DNA of 64,000 nucleotides from a virus: IMG/VR virus record IMGVR_UViG_3300042371_001161, positions 32,001 to 96,000 of that record; one strand, 5' to 3'. Shown piece by piece: positions 38,201 to 46,979 of this stretch (position 1 is its first letter; each line of letters starts with the position of its first letter). The notes under the pieces were generated by a model. It saw only the letters and a program-made list of their open reading frames with translations, ran no database searches and was not told where the DNA came from. The position numbers and the translations under genes were made by a program.

Positions 38201-41200
38201 AAAGCAACGCCCGAACAAAAAAAGGCTATGAAGGAGCTTGGAGATGTAGCGGAATCAGATGTAGGGATGCTTCTTGACCCGGTTTCGCAAACAAGAGCCG
38301 GCCGAGCAATAAATAAGCGCAACGCACGCCTCAAAAAGCTCGGCTTAAAGGTAGATAAAACATCTTCTGAAGAAGGAGATGTCGTTCAGCAGGTAGAAAA
38401 TCTACTCATACCGACGATGGAGGCAATCGATGGGACGTCGGTAGGCGAACCATTTGAGATGGAAGCAATAATTGACTTTGAATCTGGTGTTTTGAAGGGG
38501 AAAATAGATGGCAAAGAAGTCAGCCTGGACCAGTTCATTTCCGGAAGAGTCATAACAAGTAGGACTAAAAAAACAGATATGCCGGAACGCGGAAAGCGTG
38601 ACCCCAAGTCCGGAAAAACCAAGCGGCGAGTTATTCTTTCCGTGCGTGAAAAAGACCGCGGACTATTCCCAACTACGGGAGGGGATTCGGAGCAGAAATT
38701 TGTTGCTCCGCCGGGGAGAATAAGAATAATTGGCAGAGATGCTGACGGAACTATCCGTGCAGAAATTTCATATCAAAAAGATACTGTAGAAGTCGTCGAC
38801 TCATTGGCGGAAAATCTCTCCAAGAACACGACAGACGCAATCTGGGCTAGAAGTCATGGCAAAAAAATTCAAGCCATGGCGGACAAGTACGTGACCAAGC
38901 GACGCTCATCTGGGAAAGCAGGCCCTGGACCACGAAGTGATTCTGACGAGTCTGCCAGCACCCGAAGTAAGGCGACTTTAGATAAGGTTACTGATGCTGG
39001 CGGCTCATTTGCCGATTACGACAATCCAGACAGCGGCTCAGGGGCCCTCTCTTCTGGAGCCACCACGCCCGATGGAGTACTAGGGAAGCCATCTACGCGT
39101 CAGCAAAGAACAGAGTCACGTACGGCGGCAAACTCCTCAATTATCAGAAACATAAAAGACGTACTAGGCGGTGGCGGGAAAGATGGAGCCATATCTCGTG
39201 GGGATATTCATCCAGAGGTGGCGAAATTTATAGCCGACACTCCGGAAGAAGAAATCATAGCCAAGGCAGCTGAAACCGCCTACAGAATGCATGAGGGTTT
39301 TGATAGAAGAGTTCGCGTTAGGGCAACAGATTCGGACATAGATAAACTTGCATCAGGCGCTGGTGTGCGCTCCCCGTTTTCCGTGCCATCAGCGGATGGT
39401 TCTCGCCCAACAAGAAGAGCGCAGAGACTTGCACAAATGGGACCAGAAGAACGTTCCGAAAGACTTTCTTCAGGCAGAACGATAGATACAAGCGGAAGCC
39501 TGGCCGAACGTAGGCGTCAAGAGGGGGAAGTCGCAAAAAAGGCTTTGGAAGTTTTCAATGATGTTGTCGATAGCGGCACAAATATTAACGACATGTCCGA
39601 TGATGAGATATCTAAAAAGTTCGGTGGAGCGGTAAGGCGTTCTGGCAGGCGTTCGATTAGCGAGAAGGACTCGAATCTATACGAAGTCGACGACGTTCAT
39701 ACAGCCGTAGCAATGATGATGCTTGGACACCACGTCGAAGTTAAAGAACAAGACATACGCCTAACCGAACAAGCACAGAAAGCCTTTGAAAAAGAAGTTA
39801 AAACAGTTGCAAAAAATCACATAAAAGACAATCATCCAAAATGGCGCTCATTCCAGGAAGACTATGCAAAGAGAAATCCTGATGCGGACCTAAATGACCC
39901 CAAGACGCGCGAATCCATGGAGGGTGAATACATCGGCAATTATCAGGCGGACCTATGTTCCCTATACAACCCGGCGAATAACCTTATGTGTTCAGGGCAT
40001 ATCGGTATTGACAGAGAAAAAATGCCTCAAACAAATGGGCGGTCATCTGGCCACAAGACCAAAGCAATTCGAGCACTAAAAAATGGGATTGCAGCAGGTA
40101 AATGGGAACCATCAAAGGACGAGAACGGCGACCCGCTCGTGTCTAGAGATAGGGGACTTGAAATAGAGTTTGCAGACGAACTAGACAAAGCAATAAAAAA
40201 ACAAAACGCTAAACGCGCAGAAAAAGGAAAGCCTCCCGTATCTGATGAGGAAATATCTGGAATCCTGTACGGAATCATCGCCGACAAGCACTCATTAAAG
40301 AACGAAATGGGCGGGAAGACGGCAGCGGAGCACAGGGCAGATTCTTTTTCTACACTTTCAGATAGAGCGAAAGAGTGGCTTTATGAAAATACTGACTGGA
40401 ATGATACCGAGGTAAACCTTGAAACACCATTTATTGATTGGCTTAACGGACTAATCAAGGTTGATGACCCAGAAAATGGTCCTGCAGTTAGACGTCGTGA
40501 TGTGGACCCAAGTGAGTATGCCCCTTCTCAGCAACAAATAGTAGCTAGCAAGGCAGATGGAACCGCTCAAACGGTTCAAGAAAAAGCAATTGAAGTAGCA
40601 GAAAAAATAAGAAAAGATAACCCTAAGATATCTGACAAAGATTTTAGAGATAAATATTTAGAAGAAATGCGAAAAGAATGGTTCATGCAACCAATTCTCA
40701 CAACAAAAGATTCATATATTCTCGATGGACATCATAGATGGGCTGGAATAGTCGTCGCGAATAGGTCATTATCAGAAGAGCTTCAACTGCCACTCTCAGC
40801 AAACGAAGTACAAACAGACATTATTGAAGGACTGACCCTGGGTAAGGTTTTCCAAGATGCATTTGGAATCAAGGAAGCTCGCTTGGGAGCGGAAAATCGA
40901 TGGGAAGTTGGCGAAATTGAAGATATGAGCGCTGATGAGTTTTCTGATATCGCCAAGGACTTAACGGATAACGCCCCAAGCTTAATCGACGCAAAATATG
41001 AACAAGGGGATTACATCCAACTTGGCTCAGTGGGTCTCACAAACAATCCAGATTATGCAGCAAGGTCCAAGGAAAGGCAAGCTACTGCCGCTCGAGATGA
41101 AACTAGAAAAATAGCCAGCGATGTTGTTGCAAAAGTCCGTAAGCGCGGCAAACCTCTTCACGAATACACTCCAGAGGAGCTAAAAGAAGATTTTGGTGAC

Positions 41201-43807
41201 TCAATAAAGCCAAGCGACCTAAAGCCTTTGTTCACTAGCGCGGACCCCAAGGACATGGCTGTTTACAAAGTAGACAATGTCGGACAGGCAATAGCGTTAA
41301 TGGCCCTCGGTCATCACGTCAGTCTGGAATACTCCTCCGATGAAGCGATTGCTAAAAAACAAAAAGAATCTTTAAGTTTTGCAAAGACACTCCAGGAAGA
41401 ATTTTTCAAAGATATCAAAAAAATGGGTCAAGACGTTATTGCAAATAACGAAAAAGAATGGCTTGATTTCAAAACAAAGGAAGAAGCTGCGATTACTAGT
41501 AGTGGCGGAGACCCTGCCGCCTTTGAGGAAGTAATTAAAAAGAATTTCTTGAAAAAATTTGCCGACCAATACAAAACGAATCTTTGCAATTTCTACGATG
41601 GAGACGAAAACGTTTTCTGTGGAAACAACCTAGGTATCCCACGGGCAAAAATGCCACAGGCCGGCGGGCGCTTGGTTGGAGCGAATACTCGCGGAGCAGA
41701 GCTTGGTCTTGCTGGAGAGATTCCTCTCAAAAAAGTAACACACAAACATATGGACCCTTATGGCATAAAGAAATGGGAGGGCGAAGATAGATTTCAAGAA
41801 ATTATGGCTAGGGTCAAGAAAGGCCCAGAATCTGCTTCTGCAATATCGGATGAAGATAGACAGTTCGTCATGGATAATCTTGATTGGGACGTTACTGAAA
41901 TTGACGGAACGGGGATGATTAAAGAAATAATAAGAGGAAAACTGGGTGACGATGCAATAAAAGAAAATATTGCCGTCGACCCGTCCCAATACACCCCATC
42001 CCAACAGGAGTTGGATGCCGTGCAAACTGACGGAATGCACGAATCACTAAAGGCTGCCGTCGAGCACTATACCAAAACGCTTACGGAAGACGGCAAATAT
42101 AAGAGGGGTACGAAAGAGTTTACCGATGCCTTAGTTCAAGCCCTAAAAGATGACGACGACACTGCAGCCAAGGCCTCTGGAAGACAGTTCGGTGCTCAAG
42201 GCATGATGGACCCTATTTTGGCAACCTCGGACAAATACCTGCTCGACGGACATCATAGATGGAGTGCTATTACCGTTTACAACGGAGAAGTAGACGACGA
42301 CCAGAAAGTCCCCCTGCATGTTGACGAAGTTCAGACAGACATAGTAAGCGGTCTTACTTTAACAAAAGTACTTCAAAGAGGATTGGGACTTAAGGACGCA
42401 AAACTAACTGGAGCCGTTGATTTTGAAGAAGGCGACGTTAAGAAAGTTGAAATTGGGGAAAGAGCCAGAGTGCTAAAGGAAATCAATGACAGTATGGATT
42501 TGCTTGCGGCCGACATTTATGCTGAAGGCGATTTCATTGAAATAGATTCAGTTGGCATGAGAAACAATCCTCAATACGCAGAAGAGATTCTGACGCGACA
42601 GCAAGATGCGCTGTCGAGGCCTGCTAAGCGAACGGCGAATGCGAGCCAATCTGCAGGTTCGCCAGATGCCGATACAGCCGACACTCTTTCGAGTGGCAGA
42701 ACAAGCGTTGGTGACAGGGCGAGACTTCGCTCCTCAACGGGCGGTGTCGGCGTGTCTTCCAGTCGCGAGTCAGAAGTCGAACCTGGAAGCACTGTTGGAC
42801 TGTCCTCGGAAAACTACGCACGCGAATACTATTCACGCATCGGTATCCCGGATTCCGTAGACGGAGATTTGCTTCCAGTAAGCGGATATCTCGTACATAA
42901 GTCCCACATGGACAAAAAGAAACAAGACGTAACGAAGGGTCGTTCTGGAAATCTAAGACCAGATGCTGTTTTTGAGATTGGCGACGAAGATGTCGTTGGA
43001 GATGGATTGACTGCCCTTGGCGATATTGAGATAGTTTTGCGGCCCGGTGTCTCAGAAAGAACCGCTTATGGACGTGGAAACTCAATTAGTTCTGCCCATA
43101 GGCCCGTGAGATTAAACTCAAGAAATCGCGAAGATGTGGCGGACGCATTACTCAACTCCGACGGAGTCAGCGCTGACAGTAACCGACAAGATGCGTTCAT
43201 CAACATGATTTCAGCATCGTTAAATAACGATTTCTCAAATGTCAATGCCACACGCGGCAAAAACGGCAAAATGCCAAACTCATTTGAATCCAAACTCCCC
43301 GAGGGCTCTTCTCGTGAGCCTTTCGAGGCGCAAATACTTGGTGGATTCGACATTTCTGACGTAGAGCAAATAAATATACCTTTCAAAAGACTTGAAGCAG
43401 CTTCTGCAAAAGAGGACATCAGCGATGTAGTCAATACTAAAACAATCGCAGACAGACTACGTTCTGCCGGATTTTCCCCCGAAGAAATTGATTACTTCTA
43501 CTCCATTGGTGGAGGTCAACTTAACACGGAGAGCATGGCCATGTTAAGAAATTACAGAGCTTCACAAAAGATGAAAAATGATTTAGCTGGTCGCGGGTTC
43601 AATAATGTCAAATTTGCCCACCCAACCGGATTCAATATTGAAGACCCACGCTCTCACTCAAAAAGCCCTATTGGCGGAGACTCAGCCGAAGCCACACTCA
43701 TTAGAGCAATAAGCGATGAAATTATAAAAGCGGCAAAAGAATTGTTAAATGACATGAAAAAAACAAACAAGCCCACCCTCACTACGACAGCAGGGGGCTT
43801 GATGTGA
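35258..43807 (+). CDS. Giant polyvalent protein: zincin metallopeptidase, ART-like domain, tandem ParB/Srx modules, DUF3626-like C-terminus
   Basis: GTG start. HEIAHH...LEASAE zincin; LDGHHRW twice; GDIEIVLRPGVSERTAYGRGNS...FEAQILGG. Confidence 0.75.
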   Translation: MANTPAMRERVIVSAQLMVPSSCCGDFNEKAVLFRQSINSSLSTGKLQAELVTKTITEGFGIRVKADVDTDGKKREFTGDSRPGVESNEFGYRWETGGKWEPGSRLVLSPPFQSREGMGTEPNFGWLPPEDKSTTTFEEMLRAYREKPKIKLSKYKVNPRTDEVIPDSEKIIDPFGIAAGLSYEEKQQALRKNEKNTLEEKRLPGRSLESRVPGGSLLSRAAAVFGILRDENNKFRCPPGTPAANQFTDATGANCFGFSASKFSRFAARQAAKLTAQGEYTGLRQNAADFFRWIHGPRSKRDPALAEKCAYWGIKIPEWRDIAVPENLRLFKNGAIRGQDDIARQKAEVVRMYDALGIDADDPDAPVKALKKLKEMHSQTGGTAGWDVQVLDVSGKGDELLTDVEIKEFVKTRLSSTPGWNRLSSKEQERLLKSDFERYKTTQRAMLETLLDQFMTDPGSMRGVGRIEFNFMTDDEAGTSFYRTQNGMKTAIHINMGMISANQETMLPNMGGDERLAISAIGARSEAEGRLAVADFMVNADHTARGMAGLLDGVYGFSSHIMLHEIAHHKQSQVFLDKIQKEITEKGFISVAVRNKKGAVVGEREVKNINSLTGSDLMSIMTGIADSINIESLNDAMTRIQAIAPLAGAYPRDGYAVGSEVWALEASAEIWALRERGIIFGDDVDAALEWMDNMSFSVAARDRTASDDTDGQRKLDDVFDIPADPVDPGSVSDEDIDARATAAIREELKRFKTEFSKFSEEEMFEEAAIIGSQRDASARRLELLEVEEIEDPFFPLTTSGKIVRDILKADAVREAKREFDFHAKRYDEASKIWRKKYGIGASGERKRFDDEVYSIRKREGLLDSKEMADIARRADLDDLRDRVKSMPEKKTISLLVDDKVRLSKLDSSSDEFKKLADEIEVIREQYVENMKSAGDTRTKAQIKKELDKKVNDIINPPSKPKKKFKSADEARKHGAKERARVKATPEQKKAMKELGDVAESDVGMLLDPVSQTRAGRAINKRNARLKKLGLKVDKTSSEEGDVVQQVENLLIPTMEAIDGTSVGEPFEMEAIIDFESGVLKGKIDGKEVSLDQFISGRVITSRTKKTDMPERGKRDPKSGKTKRRVILSVREKDRGLFPTTGGDSEQKFVAPPGRIRIIGRDADGTIRAEISYQKDTVEVVDSLAENLSKNTTDAIWARSHGKKIQAMADKYVTKRRSSGKAGPGPRSDSDESASTRSKATLDKVTDAGGSFADYDNPDSGSGALSSGATTPDGVLGKPSTRQQRTESRTAANSSIIRNIKDVLGGGGKDGAISRGDIHPEVAKFIADTPEEEIIAKAAETAYRMHEGFDRRVRVRATDSDIDKLASGAGVRSPFSVPSADGSRPTRRAQRLAQMGPEERSERLSSGRTIDTSGSLAERRRQEGEVAKKALEVFNDVVDSGTNINDMSDDEISKKFGGAVRRSGRRSISEKDSNLYEVDDVHTAVAMMMLGHHVEVKEQDIRLTEQAQKAFEKEVKTVAKNHIKDNHPKWRSFQEDYAKRNPDADLNDPKTRESMEGEYIGNYQADLCSLYNPANNLMCSGHIGIDREKMPQTNGRSSGHKTKAIRALKNGIAAGKWEPSKDENGDPLVSRDRGLEIEFADELDKAIKKQNAKRAEKGKPPVSDEEISGILYGIIADKHSLKNEMGGKTAAEHRADSFSTLSDRAKEWLYENTDWNDTEVNLETPFIDWLNGLIKVDDPENGPAVRRRDVDPSEYAPSQQQIVASKADGTAQTVQEKAIEVAEKIRKDNPKISDKDFRDKYLEEMRKEWFMQPILTTKDSYILDGHHRWAGIVVANRSLSEELQLPLSANEVQTDIIEGLTLGKVFQDAFGIKEARLGAENRWEVGEIEDMSADEFSDIAKDLTDNAPSLIDAKYEQGDYIQLGSVGLTNNPDYAARSKERQATAARDETRKIASDVVAKVRKRGKPLHEYTPEELKEDFGDSIKPSDLKPLFTSADPKDMAVYKVDNVGQAIALMALGHHVSLEYSSDEAIAKKQKESLSFAKTLQEEFFKDIKKMGQDVIANNEKEWLDFKTKEEAAITSSGGDPAAFEEVIKKNFLKKFADQYKTNLCNFYDGDENVFCGNNLGIPRAKMPQAGGRLVGANTRGAELGLAGEIPLKKVTHKHMDPYGIKKWEGEDRFQEIMARVKKGPESASAISDEDRQFVMDNLDWDVTEIDGTGMIKEIIRGKLGDDAIKENIAVDPSQYTPSQQELDAVQTDGMHESLKAAVEHYTKTLTEDGKYKRGTKEFTDALVQALKDDDDTAAKASGRQFGAQGMMDPILATSDKYLLDGHHRWSAITVYNGEVDDDQKVPLHVDEVQTDIVSGLTLTKVLQRGLGLKDAKLTGAVDFEEGDVKKVEIGERARVLKEINDSMDLLAADIYAEGDFIEIDSVGMRNNPQYAEEILTRQQDALSRPAKRTANASQSAGSPDADTADTLSSGRTSVGDRARLRSSTGGVGVSSSRESEVEPGSTVGLSSENYAREYYSRIGIPDSVDGDLLPVSGYLVHKSHMDKKKQDVTKGRSGNLRPDAVFEIGDEDVVGDGLTALGDIEIVLRPGVSERTAYGRGNSISSAHRPVRLNSRNREDVADALLNSDGVSADSNRQDAFINMISASLNNDFSNVNATRGKNGKMPNSFESKLPEGSSREPFEAQILGGFDISDVEQINIPFKRLEAASAKEDISDVVNTKTIADRLRSAGFSPEEIDYFYSIGGGQLNTESMAMLRNYRASQKMKNDLAGRGFNNVKFAHPTGFNIEDPRSHSKSPIGGDSAEATLIRAISDEIIKAAKELLNDMKKTNKPTLTTTAGGLM

Positions 43808-44319
43808 AGTCAGTACTGGTTGGTCTCTTGAACGATAGTCGTGTCTATTATGACCTAGATGCAAAGCCTGGACAAAAAGACGCAATAGTCGAACGTTCTG
43901 ACGGCTCTGCATTGAAAGCTGACATCATTCACCTCTCGAGCACTGCTCGGAATTTTACAAAACTTCGCACTACCCCATTTCAGAGATTTATGTGGGACGC
44001 TCCCAAAAGACCAACATCTGGCGCATGGTATGAAACTTTTATAACCAAAACAAGACCAGTCAACGATTCATTACTTGAGTCAATGCCTTCGCATGCTGTT
44101 GTCGGCAAAAATAAGAAAAAGATTGACAAAACAAAACGTGCAGTCAAATCATTTATCTCAGAAACCATTGAACAGAGAATGCTTACGAAGTCATGCTGCA
44201 ATCAAATGGTAAAGTTAAATGCAAATAACTTTATTTTCAAAACCGCGGAAGAACGAGATTTCGCATGGCGGGCTACAAAAACACTTCGCCAACTAGAGGA
44301 GCAGCAAGATGTCGGATAA
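43804..44319 (+). CDS. Hypothetical protein in head cluster
   Basis: 171 aa, overlapping both neighbouring genes. Confidence 0.6.
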   Translation: MKSVLVGLLNDSRVYYDLDAKPGQKDAIVERSDGSALKADIIHLSSTARNFTKLRTTPFQRFMWDAPKRPTSGAWYETFITKTRPVNDSLLESMPSHAVVGKNKKKIDKTKRAVKSFISETIEQRMLTKSCCNQMVKLNANNFIFKTAEERDFAWRATKTLRQLEEQQDVG

Positions 44320-44965
44320 CGAGCTAATTAAAGCGGACCCGCTTGGTGGCATGCTGCCGCAAGAGCTTGTTACTGGCGATGTCCTGCGTGGCTACGGCCC
44401 TCGGAGAGGCAACCTCGAGCGTCTTCTTAGGTACTGGCGTCCGATAATGAAAAAGCCCGGTGGCTTCAGACGATGTAGGGTCATTCTCGCCAATCACCCC
44501 GAGCTATATCCGTTGAACAATATCTGCGCATGGCTGCACCATGAGACGACTGGACTGTGGCCGAATGAAGGATGCCATCATCCAGGGATGAAAAATTGCC
44601 GCAAAAAATTTAGAAAACTCACCAATTGGACAGACTCTCAATTTGCATCAGCGCTTGACGGGAAAAAACCCAAAAACATAATTCGGAATTCTGGGAAGAG
44701 CGCGGACTCGTCACTTAATTCAGATATTTTTTTCTACGAGCATTCAGAAATTGAGTCCAAAACAGAACAAAATTTCGTAGTTACCGAGTCTGACATAATG
44801 CATGCAATAAAAGTTTTAGGTGAATTTTCTGAAATGGAACCCAAATTTATCAAATTTCTTCAAGATGAAAATAACTGGCAAATAGAAGGCGAAGATGAGA
44901 ACGGCAAAAAGGCGTACTCTGTAGTTATTCGTACTGCGTCCCTGGAAGAGGAATGTTGTGGCTGA
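44309..44965 (+). CDS. Head-associated protein with YW..PGGFRRC...CAWLH..TTGLWP module
   Basis: The motif resembles one I recall from actinophage capsid-maturation-region proteins. Function unknown. Confidence 0.6.
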   Translation: MSDNELIKADPLGGMLPQELVTGDVLRGYGPRRGNLERLLRYWRPIMKKPGGFRRCRVILANHPELYPLNNICAWLHHETTGLWPNEGCHHPGMKNCRKKFRKLTNWTDSQFASALDGKKPKNIIRNSGKSADSSLNSDIFFYEHSEIESKTEQNFVVTESDIMHAIKVLGEFSEMEPKFIKFLQDENNWQIEGEDENGKKAYSVVIRTASLEEECCG

Positions 44966-46979
44966 TTTTCAGGAATGTTGTGGAGATGGTGAGGTTCTCG
45001 TAACTCGAGTTATTTTGTTTAATGCTGCCACGAAACAAAACTTAGACTACATGCGTGGTGTAAAAGCATCCTCTCAGGGGGCGACAGAATATAAAGCCCT
45101 ATCAAAGAGGTTCAATAACACTCGGCGAACCAAGCGAGACCCTTATTCAAATGAAATGCAATTCAAGGCTAATGCTGGTCGCCAAATTGCAAGCACAATT
45201 CGCAGCACCCTACTCCCTGGTGACACGGGCCCGTTGAGGTCTCCCGTCCGCTCTGCTTTTTATCGGACCATAACACCAGGACGACCTGGTGGTCGTGGCG
45301 GCTCTCTCCCTGGACAGAATAGGGCACACAGATGCCCAGAGGGCTACCAGTACGGCGGAAGGTTCACTGACAACCGCCTTTCTACATGCGGGGCAAAACT
45401 GTTTGGAATACCCTCTGCTTTAGGTGCTGCGATAAGTGCCGGGCGACGAGCATTGACTTCTGGAATAACCCCAGAAACAACAGGAAGGGACATAACTGGG
45501 GCACCGTACGACAGTTCAATCATCCTCTCCAGGGCTCCACAAATCCCTAAAGTTACGTACGACAATCCCAAAACAGCAGCGTCAAGACTGAATGATTCAA
45601 TCAAGTCCATAGGCGCGTTTAACAAGGATTCTGGCATCAAGGTGCGCCGCATGGTGAGGCGTGACGGCTTCGTGCTTGAACCGGTAGTTCCAAACAAAGT
45701 TTTGAGAGCAATCCCAGACAACAGAGACATGGAGGGGGCATTATTTATAATGTCAGCGCTTTCACCAAAGGATATTGGCGGCGAAGAGCTTGGTCTTCTG
45801 TCAAATACTGGTGTTAAGTCCTTGGTCTATGTTCTCCCCGGGGGCTCATATCTGAGATTAGAAAAAGCTAGGAAATTGGAAATTGGAGAGCGAAGAAAAC
45901 TAGGACGCGTCGTCAATCAGGCCATGGCTATGGATAATTCGCGCGACCCAGCCAAAAGACTACGCAATGTTGCCGAAGAGATAGGGGACGGTCTCAAATA
46001 TTCCGAATCTTTTACTGGTGTCAAAAACCCCAATGAAGTCATAAAGGGGAGAATGAGCTGGGCGTCTCAGGTCTGGGGCAAGAGACTTTCGTCGATGACC
46101 GAGTCTTCGTCCGTAAGAAATACCGAATCATTTGGACCACGACGCAAACTCATAAAAAGCGTGGATGAAGCTATTCAATTTATTGTTGATGGGGGAAGCC
46201 TTTCTTCGGTTGACCCCTCAATCATGCCTAAGATACTCGCAAAAGCTGGAGTAGTACAAAGACAGAGATTGGCCAACAACATCAGCGCCGTATCCACCCC
46301 GTCAGAAAGTCTTTTTCTTTACGAAAAGCCATCCAAGTTTCAGCATATTGCCGAAAGATTCGCATCAGATGTACAGCAGACCCTCGGGCTGGAATCTCCA
46401 GACGTCGTCTTTGCATCAAAACCAGGCGATTCACGTCAGTTCTTGAGACAAGAGGTGACTGCAGCAATACCTGGAGCCGTCTTCAATCCTGATGCAAAGT
46501 TTAACGAACTTGACCCTCAGGACGTGGCCGCAATGCTTGTGTCGGATTTCCTCACCGACCAGCGCGAACGTCCGATGACGTCTATATACACGCTAGATAC
46601 CCCTGACGCTCGAAGGCTCGTACTGGGGCAAAACTCCACATCCGGATTAATAGACTTGTCTAAAATTGAAATTACGAATCGCATGAAAATGACGCTCAGC
46701 GAATTTTATAGTTCACAAGCAACTCCGGCATATTCCGATTATTACCAAGCACTAAAAGCCGAACAAAGATTGTTGTTTATGAAATATCTAAACATCCTAA
46801 TAAATAGAGCAAGGAAATTCAATCCTAAAAATTTCAACAACTCGATGAATCAATATGGTATTTCCGAAGGAGAAAGAATACATATGAATATCATTGGGAA
46901 GCTATTCGAAGTACGCCTTGAAGGTTTGCAAAGTGGTAAAAACAGCCTAAAACTACTGTTCTCTGGAGGCAATGTATGA
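44958..46979 (+). CDS. Head-cluster protein with RCP motif and degenerate HipA/PI3K-like kinase fold
   Basis: Contains AERFASDVQQTLGLESPDV and LVSDFLTDQRERPMTS...LVLGQN. Confidence 0.55.
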   Translation: MADFQECCGDGEVLVTRVILFNAATKQNLDYMRGVKASSQGATEYKALSKRFNNTRRTKRDPYSNEMQFKANAGRQIASTIRSTLLPGDTGPLRSPVRSAFYRTITPGRPGGRGGSLPGQNRAHRCPEGYQYGGRFTDNRLSTCGAKLFGIPSALGAAISAGRRALTSGITPETTGRDITGAPYDSSIILSRAPQIPKVTYDNPKTAASRLNDSIKSIGAFNKDSGIKVRRMVRRDGFVLEPVVPNKVLRAIPDNRDMEGALFIMSALSPKDIGGEELGLLSNTGVKSLVYVLPGGSYLRLEKARKLEIGERRKLGRVVNQAMAMDNSRDPAKRLRNVAEEIGDGLKYSESFTGVKNPNEVIKGRMSWASQVWGKRLSSMTESSSVRNTESFGPRRKLIKSVDEAIQFIVDGGSLSSVDPSIMPKILAKAGVVQRQRLANNISAVSTPSESLFLYEKPSKFQHIAERFASDVQQTLGLESPDVVFASKPGDSRQFLRQEVTAAIPGAVFNPDAKFNELDPQDVAAMLVSDFLTDQRERPMTSIYTLDTPDARRLVLGQNSTSGLIDLSKIEITNRMKMTLSEFYSSQATPAYSDYYQALKAEQRLLFMKYLNILINRARKFNPKNFNNSMNQYGISEGERIHMNIIGKLFEVRLEGLQSGKNSLKLLFSGGNV

